Notes: generated from the sequence alone by a model not told the origin. Counted from the first letter of the stretch, positions 1-7,928 are shown. The stretch: 23,680 nucleotides of DNA from Candidatus Heimdallarchaeota archaeon (GCA_016840095.1 JAEOSZ010000063.1:1-23680), one strand, 5' to 3'. Numbers and translations are program-made.

Positions 1-1272
1 AATATATTCAAAGTATCTAGAGAAATCCAAAATCAATCAAATACCTCTTACCTCCAAAATACACTAGATGCAATTTTAAATCGCCTGAACTTCATTTTCA
101 ACCCAATAAATTTTGAAATTTTAGGTGCATTAAGAACAACCTTAGATCTCTCAGTTCTAGAAAAAGGAAAGAGTATAATTCTGGATTTAAGTAGATTTAT
201 GAGAAAATCCGCCCGCCCAAGCGATGTGTTTCTTATATGTAATTTAATTCTAAAAGTACTTTATAGACAGGCTTCGAAAAAGGATATGTCTAACAAACTT
301 CGTTATGTAGTTGTTTTAGAAGAGGCAATTAATATAATTCCTAATTTCTACCATACCTCAAGTTCTGCTAATCTAATAACATCAGAGAACAATTTCCTAC
401 TTGGTAGATCTCTTGGAATTGGTCATATAACAATTACTCAAATGTATTCAAGCATCTCAAATATCGTTCATGGTAATTCTGCAACAAAATTTGTTTTCAG
501 ATCGAGCGAAAAAACTGATGTTCTAGCTAAAAATCTAAATCTAGAAGAAGAGGAAGTTTCGAAGATTCAAAGCTTACCAACACAGCATTGCTTCTTATTT
601 TCTGATAATACAAATACAGCAATTCAAATCCGAACATTAGACTTAGATACTGTTCCAATTAGTTTTGCAGAGTATCAAGCAAAGATGCTAAAGAAATATG
701 GAAGATCTGTTTATCCTTTACTTTACAACAATTTCATAGATATGAGAACTTCCATTTACAAACAAAGTAGCGCAAATGTTATTGGAAAAAGTAAGAAATC
801 TTCTGGAAAGAAACTTGATTTACCTCAAGAAAATTTAGATAACTTTCTAAAGAGTGAAGAATTTAGTACAGAATCCAAGAAGAAGACCATTATAGAAGAA
901 GATACCTTAAATCTTATTTCCTCAGCAGGACTTCTGCCTGAAAACTTGATTTGCGAGCAATTGTGCTCCCAAGAAAGCAGTGAAAAAGGCTGTTTGAAAT
1001 ATAATATGGGAGCTAAGATTGTTAAATCCACTATAATCAAAGAATGCTCAACTGAGGAAATATCAATTTTATTGACTGATATTGGAGAACTTCGTTCATT
1101 GGTTTCAGCAATTTCAATTAAAAGAAACCTTGAGTTCGATGAATATTTAGTGTTCTGTACTGTTAAAGTTCTAGTTTCTGATTTTATCTCAGAGAATATA
1201 CTAACAGCAAATGAAGCTTATAATATCCTTACCAAATTCTCTCCTAGAATTAAAGAAACAATAAAACCTTAA
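1..1272 (+). CDS. HerA/FtsK/VirB4-like P-loop ATPase, C-terminal part (5'-truncated by the window edge)
   Basis: Frame 1 is open from base 1 (NIFKVSREIQ...KSIILDLSRFM), so the track start at 199 is internal. Shows 'IILDLS', Walker B 'VVVLEEA', 'GRSLGIGHITITQ' (GR-x-x-G...TQ) and 'GNSATKFVFR', typical of HerA/VirB4 C-terminal cores. A Cys-containing extension follows. Confidence 0.75.
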   Translation, partial: NIFKVSREIQNQSNTSYLQNTLDAILNRLNFIFNPINFEILGALRTTLDLSVLEKGKSIILDLSRFMRKSARPSDVFLICNLILKVLYRQASKKDMSNKLRYVVVLEEAINIIPNFYHTSSSANLITSENNFLLGRSLGIGHITITQMYSSISNIVHGNSATKFVFRSSEKTDVLAKNLNLEEEEVSKIQSLPTQHCFLFSDNTNTAIQIRTLDLDTVPISFAEYQAKMLKKYGRSVYPLLYNNFIDMRTSIYKQSSANVIGKSKKSSGKKLDLPQENLDNFLKSEEFSTESKKKTIIEEDTLNLISSAGLLPENLICEQLCSQESSEKGCLKYNMGAKIVKSTIIKECSTEEISILLTDIGELRSLVSAISIKRNLEFDEYLVFCTVKVLVSDFISENILTANEAYNILTKFSPRIKETIKP

Positions 1273-1286
1273 ACATTCTCTCGTTT

Positions 1287-1301
1287 GATAAAATTTAAAA
1301 A
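1287..1301 (+). promoter_or_regulatory. Putative BRE/TATA promoter of the rpl1-rpl10-rpl12 operon
   Basis: gataaaa-TTTAAAAA (TATA at 1294-1301) just after the upstream stop; predicts a start site near 1325, just before the leader hairpin. Confidence 0.45.
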
Positions 1302-1330
1302 CAAACGTTCTTTTCTTCTCTTAAGTTCTG

Positions 1331-1370
1331 ACCACGCTGACCGTTGTCAATTGGGCTTAACGGAAGTGGT
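1331..1370 (+). promoter_or_regulatory. Structured 5' leader hairpin with a kink-turn-like internal loop upstream of rpl1
   Basis: ACCAC(1331-35) pairs with GTGGT(1366-70); CCGTT(1341-45) pairs with AACGG(1359-63); the internal loop is GCT+GA opposite AA. It is a GC-rich island in an AT-rich spacer, directly 5' of the RBS. Confidence 0.5.
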
Positions 1371-1385
1371 AGTTGGATGATACTT

Positions 1386-2027
1386 ATGGTAGAACAAGAA
1401 CTTAAAATCGCAATTGAAAAAATGAAAAAAGATTCACCTGCTCGTAAGTTCACTGAATCAGTTGATATAGCGGTCAATCTCAAAGACATCAATCTTCAAG
1501 ATCCTTCTAAGAGGTTTCAAATGGATGTTAGACTTCCACACCCTCTTGAGAAAGAAATTAAGATATGTGTGCTTGGAGAAGGATCACACTTAGTTGAAGC
1601 TGAATCAGCTGGAGCAGCTAGAATCATAAACAAAGATGAATTGGACAACATTAGTAGAGAACCCAAGTTAGCAAAGAAATTAGCCCAACAATACGATTTC
1701 TTTATCGCAACTGCTTCGTTGATGCCTCAAATTGGAAGATCACTCGGAAAATTTTTAGCTCCTCGCGGCAAGATGCCAAAACCGCTCCCCCCCACTGCAC
1801 CGATTGAACCACTCATGAACAACTTTCAATCTACAATACAAATTCGTTTAAGGCAATCTCCTGTTATTCACGCACGAATAGGAACTATAGACATGGAAAT
1901 TGATTTTATAGTTGAGAATGCTTTGAACGTAGTAAGAACTATTGAAGGCAGACTTGAAAAAGGGGAACATAACATACGAACAATCTACATTAAAACTACT
2001 ATGGGTCCTGCAATAAAAGTCAAGTAG
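1386..2027 (+). CDS. rpl1: 50S ribosomal protein uL1
   Basis: RKFTESVDIAVNLK, GRSLGKFLAPRGKMPKP, IYIKTTMGPAIKV. Start moved to ATG 1386 (GGATGA upstream; 213 aa, the usual archaeal length) from the track's TTG 1344. Confidence 0.97.
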   Translation: MVEQELKIAIEKMKKDSPARKFTESVDIAVNLKDINLQDPSKRFQMDVRLPHPLEKEIKICVLGEGSHLVEAESAGAARIINKDELDNISREPKLAKKLAQQYDFFIATASLMPQIGRSLGKFLAPRGKMPKPLPPTAPIEPLMNNFQSTIQIRLRQSPVIHARIGTIDMEIDFIVENALNVVRTIEGRLEKGEHNIRTIYIKTTMGPAIKVK

Positions 2028-2035
2028 GTGACAAG

Positions 2036-3040
2036 ATGTCAACCGTAAAAATTTCTGAAAAGAAAAAGCAAATAGTTGAGAAACTAAAAAACGATCTCAC
2101 ATCCTATCCCATTATTGGGCTCGTTAAAATTGATAATATCAATGCAAGCGTTGTTCAAAGAATGAGAAAGGATCTACGAAAGGATGCTAAAATTGTTATG
2201 GCTAAAAACAGTTTAATGAGAATTGCAGTTTCTGATTTGAAGAAAAAGGTTCCAGGTATTGAAAAACTATTAGAATACATTGTTGGTTCCTGTGCATTCC
2301 TATTAAGCGAAACAAACCCCTACAGATTAGCAAATTTCATGGATGAGAATAAAGTACCCGCACCAGCAAAAGCTGGACAATATGCACCAAATAATGTTGT
2401 AATAAGACCAATGAATACAGGAATCCCTCCTGGACCCGTCATTGCTGAATTACAATCATTGGGACTTAAAACAAGGATAGAAGGGGGACAAATACGTATC
2501 TCTGAGGAAGCAGTTGTAACCGAAGAGGGTGAACGTGTTAATCGAACTGTAGCTCTTCTTTTAAGAAGACTAAATATCAATCCCTTTCAAGCTGGTTTAA
2601 GTTTTGTTGTTGCTCTTGAAGACGGGGAAATAATTCCTGGAGACGCTTTGTTACTTGATTATGAGCAATATAGAGCAAATATCCAATGGGCTTATAATTC
2701 CGCTTTAAATCTAGCTGTCAATACTGGATTTATAACAAAGCAAAGTCTGTTGATGATACTTTCTAATGCTCATCAATTAGCTGTTAATCTTTCAGTTAAT
2801 GCAGGATTTCTGACTAACAAATCTCTGCCATTAATTCTCTCTAAAGCAGTTCAAGGATCTCTTTCCGTTGCAGCTGCTATTAGTGAAAAAGATCCAAAGG
2901 CTTTATCGGACAAAGTGCAGGCCAAACTTTCTGAAGCACCACCAGTTCAACAAGCTGAACCAGAGGTAGTTGAAGAAAAAGAAGAAGAGCCTGAAGAAGA
3001 ACCAGAGGAAGATCTAGGATTAGGATCGTTATTTGGATAG
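2036..3040 (+). CDS. rpl10: 50S ribosomal protein uL10 (acidic ribosomal protein P0)
   Basis: QRMRKDLR...KNSLM, PAPAKAGQYAP, NTGIPPGP; acidic hinge and GLGSLFG C-terminus; GGTGA Shine-Dalgarno at 2027-2031. Confidence 0.97.
   Translation: MSTVKISEKKKQIVEKLKNDLTSYPIIGLVKIDNINASVVQRMRKDLRKDAKIVMAKNSLMRIAVSDLKKKVPGIEKLLEYIVGSCAFLLSETNPYRLANFMDENKVPAPAKAGQYAPNNVVIRPMNTGIPPGPVIAELQSLGLKTRIEGGQIRISEEAVVTEEGERVNRTVALLLRRLNINPFQAGLSFVVALEDGEIIPGDALLLDYEQYRANIQWAYNSALNLAVNTGFITKQSLLMILSNAHQLAVNLSVNAGFLTNKSLPLILSKAVQGSLSVAAAISEKDPKALSDKVQAKLSEAPPVQQAEPEVVEEKEEEPEEEPEEDLGLGSLFG
2708..2851 (+). repeat. Degenerate 78-nt (26-aa) tandem repeat in the uL10 spine (P1-dimer binding helices)
   Basis: NLAVNTGFITKQSLLMILSNA vs NLSVNAGFLTNKSLPLILSKA; the matching AAT codons at 2708 and 2786 are 78 nt apart. 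Confidence 0.7.
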
Positions 3041-3051
3041 GTGAAAAAAAA

Positions 3052-3351
3052 ATGGAATACGTATATTCAGCATTAATACTACATGAATTAGGCGCAAATA
3101 TTACTCAAACCAAGGTAAAAGCTATACTTGAAGCTGCTGGAGCAAAAGTAGACGAAGCTCGAATAAAAGCTTTAGTAGCAGCCTTGAAAGATGTCAATAT
3201 TGAAGAAGCTTTGAAAGCTTCTGTAATGGCTGCTGCACCAGTTGCAGCTGCTCCAGCTGCTGGCGATAAGGCAGCACCCGCAGAAGCTGAAGAAGAAGAA
3301 GAAGAACCTGAAGAAGATGCCGATTTAGGCCTAAGTGCTTTATTCGGATAG
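3052..3351 (+). CDS. rpl12: 50S ribosomal stalk protein P1 (aL12)
   Basis: MEYVYSALILHE, Ala/Pro-rich linker, poly-Glu hinge, GLSALFG; GGTGA Shine-Dalgarno at 3040-3044. Confidence 0.97.
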   Translation: MEYVYSALILHELGANITQTKVKAILEAAGAKVDEARIKALVAALKDVNIEEALKASVMAAAPVAAAPAAGDKAAPAEAEEEEEEPEEDADLGLSALFG

Positions 3352-3403
3352 AATTTTCTATTTATCTTCTTATTTTCTTTTTCAATCTCTTTTATTTATT
3401 TTT
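3352..3403 (+). terminator. Probable oligo-T terminator region between convergent operons
   Basis: Pyrimidine/T-run tract (ttttctatttatcttcttattttctttttc...) directly after the rpl12 stop. Confidence 0.45.
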
Positions 3404-3730
3404 TAAAAAAACATTAAATGCATCAATAATATTATCACATTTTTCCAAAGCGTGATAAATTTCTAAATCAGAAAATTCAGTCTCTATATCAGAAAACTCA
3501 GTTTCTTGAACTGAACCTGAACTGAGAGAAGCTGTTCTTGACCTTCTAATTTCTCCTCTGCCATCAATTGAGATAATTAAAGTATGGTCGTCTGCATGCA
3601 TCAGTACAAAGTTAAACAATTGGCTGTCTCTTAATTCCTCCAATTGCTTTCTTTCTATTTTGCATTCAAGCATCTTTCCACAATGATCACAGCTGAATGT
3701 TTTGTGGATGTACCTTTCATTTTCTCTCAT
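3392..3730 (-). CDS. Small putative Zn-binding protein (CxxC...H-x3-H), last gene of the KaiC/GTPase operon
   Basis: FSCDHCG...FVLMHADDHTLIISIDGRGEIRR. ATG 3730 has GAGGT upstream and avoids overlapping the GTPase; the alternative start is 3784. Confidence 0.65.
   Translation of the reverse strand: MRENERYIHKTFSCDHCGKMLECKIERKQLEELRDSQLFNFVLMHADDHTLIISIDGRGEIRRSRTASLSSGSVQETEFSDIETEFSDLEIYHALEKCDNIIDAFNVFLKNK
3462..3503. repeat. 21-bp tandem duplication within the CDS (ETEFSDI/ETEFSDL)
   Basis: tctaaatcagaaaattcagtc / tctatatcagaaaactcagtt, 18 of 21 identical. Confidence 0.7.
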
Positions 3731-3752
3731 TTGCTTCTCTACCTCTTTTTGA

Positions 3753-4358
3753 TTAGAAACTCTGATATTTTGAAACGAGTTCATCCGCTAGACTTTGTTC
3801 CTTGTTTATTATTCTATCAACTATGTACTCAAAAGGTTCAGAAACATTACCTGATAGAAGACCGCTAACTAGGAAATGCTTTTTGATTCCATAATTCTTC
3901 ATGAAGTCATGAATGTCTTCAATAGATACTTCTGCGTCCTCTAAATCTAGTTTATTTCCAACTAAAACTTCAGGAACTTTTGGGTAAAAGTGATTGGCTA
4001 AGTAATTACGAGTAAGATCAACAAACTCATTTAGATATGCTAAAGTTTCAATATCTGTGATATCATAGACGTACATTACACCTTTAACTCCACGCAAAAA
4101 AACGTCAATCATGAATCGAAATTGCTTTTGACCTGCAAAATCCCAAATTTGTAAGGTGATTGTTCGACCTTGATGAACTATGCGTTTTACAGTTATATCT
4201 ACGCCCTTTGTCATTGATATTTGATTAGGATCATTAAGTTCTCCGGAATAGCTTTTAGATATCGTAGTTTTGCCCACAGAACCTAATCCTAACACAGCAA
4301 CTTTCAGTATATTGTCATTCTTTGAATTTTGAGGGAGTACTGTATTCATCATAATCAT
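3753..4358 (-). CDS. Ras-superfamily (Rab-like) small GTPase
   Basis: G1 GLGSVGKT, G2 Thr (MTKG), G3 LQIWDFAGQ, G4 GNKLD, degenerate G5 (VSGL); no C-terminal CaaX/CC. Confidence 0.92.
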   Translation of the reverse strand: MIMMNTVLPQNSKNDNILKVAVLGLGSVGKTTISKSYSGELNDPNQISMTKGVDITVKRIVHQGRTITLQIWDFAGQKQFRFMIDVFLRGVKGVMYVYDITDIETLAYLNEFVDLTRNYLANHFYPKVPEVLVGNKLDLEDAEVSIEDIHDFMKNYGIKKHFLVSGLLSGNVSEPFEYIVDRIINKEQSLADELVSKYQSF

Positions 4359-4373
4359 ATCCTAAAATAATAT

Positions 4374-5717
4374 TTAAAACACCACATTTTTTTGTGGTGA
4401 ATTATTGTACCCTGCTACTAATCCATGTACTGAGACAGCTGCATAGACTGGTTTGCTTTTGATTATTGAAAATTCTCCTCCTGAATATAGTGTCATAAAA
4501 GGCACATCAGGTCCTAAAGCCTTTTTGATCATTTTGTTTTCTTCTTCGATTTTATCTCCAGCAATAAGTAATCTATTACTGCAGTTAATAAACAGACCAA
4601 AAAGCGGATGATCAACTCCTTGGACAAGAGAACTAGCACAATCATATGCTGATTCTTGAACTCCGATACCAGATTGAGTGCAAAACTCTGCAATCTTGTC
4701 ACTTTCATCTAGAATTTCTTCAGGTATTGTAGCAATTACTCCTTTCAGAATTGGATGACATACAGATACAAAAGGAAGATTTCCTTGGTTTTCTGATTTC
4801 AATGTAGAAAGATATAGAAGTGAAGCATAAGCCATATTTTGAAAAGCTTCTTCATAGAGTTCCTTAGAAATCCCTATTTGATTAAGAAATTCTTCTTGTG
4901 CTGGTTTATCGTTTATTTCATGTAAATAACTACTGCTCTTTAGTCCCTTAGATAATTCAAAGCTTTGATTTTTCCTTGATTGATCAAAAGTCCAATTATG
5001 TTCAAAGTTAATTGTGTTTGAAGAGAATACTGTTCCTACCAAGGCGTTTTGAAATACATTATCTCCTTGAAACTGATAACAAGAAAGCATATCCAAATCA
5101 ATTGTAGCTCCTCCTAGGGTGTTTTCTACACCGTTTTCAAGTAACTTCAGAAGTATTTTGTAAGCAAATGATGTTACACCATGTCCGTTCTTAGCCATAC
5201 TACGGTTAATTAGTTTACCAACTTGGTTGAACATTCCTCTGAATTTATGAGCAAATATAGTATCCATCGCTTTCATATCTTCAAAAGCTCCTGGCGGAAA
5301 GAAAGGACCTGGAGTTAGAAAGAATCCTGTCTTGAATTTGTTTTGGTCATCTTTAAAGAGGTTTACAAGTTTGTCTGATCCTTTTTCAGGATTAAGCCGT
5401 ACATTTGAATAGGATACAGGTGTATGAACATCTAGTTCTGATGACTTAATAGCCATTGCAGAACAACCTTGAGTAGTAGGCATCTCATCTGATGTAGCTA
5501 CAGCTGGAAAAGTTCCTCCAATTATGTTCTCTGTTCCACTTTCTTCTCTGATTTTGGATACAGCTCTTTCATACTCTTTCTTTTCGCGGTAGTTTGGTGT
5601 ATACGCTACAAGTACAACGTCAGGAGTACCATTAATATCACCAATCACATCATTGATGATTTCCTTAGTTGTTATGTGGATTGATCTGTTGCTAGCTGTT
5701 CTTGTGGCAATTTGCAT
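4374..5717 (-). CDS. Stand-alone FIST (FIST_N + FIST_C) sensory-domain protein
   Basis: PDVVLVAYT, IIGGT, LGGAT, LHEINDKPA, GLFINCSNRLL and PFMTLYSGGEF match FIST_N/FIST_C motifs (EIN-x-x-PA; C-x-x-R; GE). Confidence 0.8.
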   Translation of the reverse strand: MQIATRTASNRSIHITTKEIINDVIGDINGTPDVVLVAYTPNYREKKEYERAVSKIREESGTENIIGGTFPAVATSDEMPTTQGCSAMAIKSSELDVHTPVSYSNVRLNPEKGSDKLVNLFKDDQNKFKTGFFLTPGPFFPPGAFEDMKAMDTIFAHKFRGMFNQVGKLINRSMAKNGHGVTSFAYKILLKLLENGVENTLGGATIDLDMLSCYQFQGDNVFQNALVGTVFSSNTINFEHNWTFDQSRKNQSFELSKGLKSSSYLHEINDKPAQEEFLNQIGISKELYEEAFQNMAYASLLYLSTLKSENQGNLPFVSVCHPILKGVIATIPEEILDESDKIAEFCTQSGIGVQESAYDCASSLVQGVDHPLFGLFINCSNRLLIAGDKIEEENKMIKKALGPDVPFMTLYSGGEFSIIKSKPVYAAVSVHGLVAGYNNSPQKNVVF

Positions 5718-5727
5718 AAAATGACCC

Positions 5728-6087
5728 TCACAGATAATTTGAAATTAAGAGCGCCTTTCTCTTAGATTCTATAGATAACAAACTCAGGTTTGCATTCTTA
5801 CTTGCAATAGTTGTTAGAATTGAAATACTATTTACAACATAGAATATTACACAGAATTCATTCAGTTCATAGGTTACTTTGTTGAGGTTATTTGATTTCA
5901 TCTCTAAGGAGACTTTGTCAACATTTGCTTTACACCACTGAATTGTTCTCAATAACTTATGTGAATATTCTTCTTTAAATGATGAATCCACTACATCTCC
6001 ATCAATTCTGAAGAGCATTGCAGCTTCAACCTCATCTAAGTGAGTTAAATCCTTTAGTTCAGAACCAATTCCTTGGTTATAATTCAT
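5728..6087 (-). CDS. Roadblock/LC7 (MglB/LAMTOR-like) domain protein
   Basis: 119 aa; LKDL...VEAAMLFRIDGDVVDSS helix/beta-hairpin pattern, central helix, three strands and NLSLL final helix. Start overlaps the KaiC stop (ATGA). Confidence 0.75.
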   Translation of the reverse strand: MNYNQGIGSELKDLTHLDEVEAAMLFRIDGDVVDSSFKEEYSHKLLRTIQWCKANVDKVSLEMKSNNLNKVTYELNEFCVIFYVVNSISILTTIASKNANLSLLSIESKRKALLISNYL

Positions 6088-7013
6088 TTTCTTACCTCTT
6101 GCAATACTTGTTTATTTGTTAATACTTCTACGAACTCTATGTTCTGTGAACTATCTCTCTCTCTTTCACCAAGAAGATTTTTAGCAATTTGAGCTATCAC
6201 TCTTTTCTTTGGATCTTTATCCTTAGAGAGTTCTTTCACCCTTTTCATCAATTCTTGGTATCTTATATCTTCAACAACTGGGTTGATAACAGTATTCTGA
6301 ACTGAACTTGTATCTATAACAAGTCCTGGTCCCTCTACGAAATTAAGAGGATATATTCCTTCATGATGAGGAGTTTTTCGAGATTTAACAACTTTACAAG
6401 TTCTATTGTACTTTCCACCTAAACCTAAGTTCTGGATATGTATTACGCTATCAGATAGGTAGATAGGAACTCTAGTTTCTTTAGCACCAATATCTGTTTG
6501 ACCAAAAGCATTAGGTTCTTCGACTGTTTGTAAAACAGTACCGAGTGAACTCAAATGATGGTAAATCTTTGTTAGAACTTTTCTTTGTTCTTTCTCTGAA
6601 GGAAATTCCCACAGTATTGGAGTAAGAGGATCCAAAATAATTCTTGTATGTTTCACATTTCTATGTTTCAGCTTTTGTGCTAAAGCTGGAAGAATGTTTG
6701 TCATAAACTCTACAATCTTTTCACTTTCAACTAAATGAATCAAATCTTCAGCATCATTTGTCATATTACGAATGTTAATTCCTAATGATTCAGCTTCTCC
6801 AATCAATTTAGATGGAGTTTCTTCAAAAGACAAATAAAGGGTATGATCACCTTCTAAAAGCCCTTGATACAAATATGCTAAGGCAAAGGTAGTTTTTCCA
6901 GTTCCGCTACTACCTACTATTGAATTAATAGAATTCTTGATTATTCCTCCGTTCATAAGAACATCAAGACCTTCTATCCCAGAAGATATTCTCTCATGGT
7001 TAATCATAGACAT
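6084..7013 (-). CDS. KaiC/RAD55-like RecA-superfamily ATPase (single domain plus C-terminal helical extension)
   Basis: RISSGIEGLDVLMNGG, Walker A GSSGTGKT, YLSFEE catalytic Glu pair, Walker B RIILD, VVKSR K-x-R finger. Confidence 0.88.
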   Translation of the reverse strand: MSMINHERISSGIEGLDVLMNGGIIKNSINSIVGSSGTGKTTFALAYLYQGLLEGDHTLYLSFEETPSKLIGEAESLGINIRNMTNDAEDLIHLVESEKIVEFMTNILPALAQKLKHRNVKHTRIILDPLTPILWEFPSEKEQRKVLTKIYHHLSSLGTVLQTVEEPNAFGQTDIGAKETRVPIYLSDSVIHIQNLGLGGKYNRTCKVVKSRKTPHHEGIYPLNFVEGPGLVIDTSSVQNTVINPVVEDIRYQELMKRVKELSKDKDPKKRVIAQIAKNLLGERERDSSQNIEFVEVLTNKQVLQEVRK

Positions 7014-7169
7014 CTATAGTTATACATTAACAAGCTAAATAAACTCCACAATTTCTAAATTTGGTCTAAATCCAGTTCCTTTAGGTTACAAACTTCTAAA
7101 TTAGAATTTAGAATTAAACACAAAGAGTAACATTTTAGTAAAGATACAAAAATACCCATCTCGATAATA

Positions 7170-7928
7170 ATGAGTTCATTTTTACAAAAGATAAAGGATT
7201 TGTTTGCTTCCGAAGAAAAAAAATTCTCTATGATGTTATTTGAAAAATTGGAAACAACTAATTTTATCAATATTAGGAAGATGGAATCAAAGCTTTCTTT
7301 GGAGAAGCGATACGTAACTATTACCAGTTTACTATCAAATAAAAAACTATCAGGTGTTTTTCTTCCTGAAAAGTCCCATTTCTTTACTATTTCTGAAGGG
7401 GAACTATCAGAAATAAGAGATTCTTTGAAGAAACAAGGAATGATAGAAATTTCAATAATCAAGAATCATTGGGCTGTTACTGACAAAACATTAGTACCTT
7501 TGTTAAATCATCTAGAAAAAGGAATCATTGGTGACAAAAGATATTATACAACCACATTTCTGCAAAACACCATTAAATCTTCTCTAGCAAGGACAGATGA
7601 ATATGAAATCAAAGAGTTTGAGAAAAAATTCGGTATAGAGGTAGAGGTCTTTAACCAGCTTATTACAAACATGATAGAAGAACAAGAAATTAATGGTATT
7701 TTGAAGAATAACTCAATATATCTTAGTTCAGAAACTTTTGAAAATGGCCTTTTTGAGTTTCTAGAAGACAAACTAGATAGTGATAATGAACTAACATTTG
7801 ATGAGATATCTTCTGAACTAGGAGTTCCATCGTCGAATATAGAACGCTTTCTTGTGAGCTATGTTGATAAAAATCCTGGGAGTTTAGTCATTTATCCTTT
7901 AGAGAAAAAGATAATTTTTAAAGGATGA
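7170..7928 (+). CDS. Tandem winged-helix (PCI-like) protein resembling DDRGK1/UFL1 WH repeats
   Basis: Repeated 'I..L.....l.G.......F/Y.....l.....l...g.i.i.el' units; residues ~51-97 parallel the DDRGK1 C-terminal WH as remembered. Confidence 0.55.
   Translation: MSSFLQKIKDLFASEEKKFSMMLFEKLETTNFINIRKMESKLSLEKRYVTITSLLSNKKLSGVFLPEKSHFFTISEGELSEIRDSLKKQGMIEISIIKNHWAVTDKTLVPLLNHLEKGIIGDKRYYTTTFLQNTIKSSLARTDEYEIKEFEKKFGIEVEVFNQLITNMIEEQEINGILKNNSIYLSSETFENGLFEFLEDKLDSDNELTFDEISSELGVPSSNIERFLVSYVDKNPGSLVIYPLEKKIIFKG

Noticed and set aside
1344-1385. N-terminal extension of uL1 from TTG 1344 in the ORF track
   Set aside because: It overlaps the leader hairpin; ATG 1386 has an SD-like motif and gives the normal uL1 length.
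2970-3351. Near-duplicate GAA-rich sequence at the ends of rpl10 and rpl12
   Set aside because: This is the normal shared acidic hinge and GLxxLFG terminus of stalk proteins, not a mobile repeat.
6084-7013. True circadian clock kaiC
   Set aside because: Single domain, no ST phospho-sites and no kaiA/kaiB nearby.
7055-7462. 135-aa minus-strand ORF and the other short antisense or alternate-frame ORFs in the track (e.g. 825-1040, 2320-2580, 14399-14704, 22635-22952)
   Set aside because: They overlap well-supported genes, show no motifs and have the composition of shadow ORFs.
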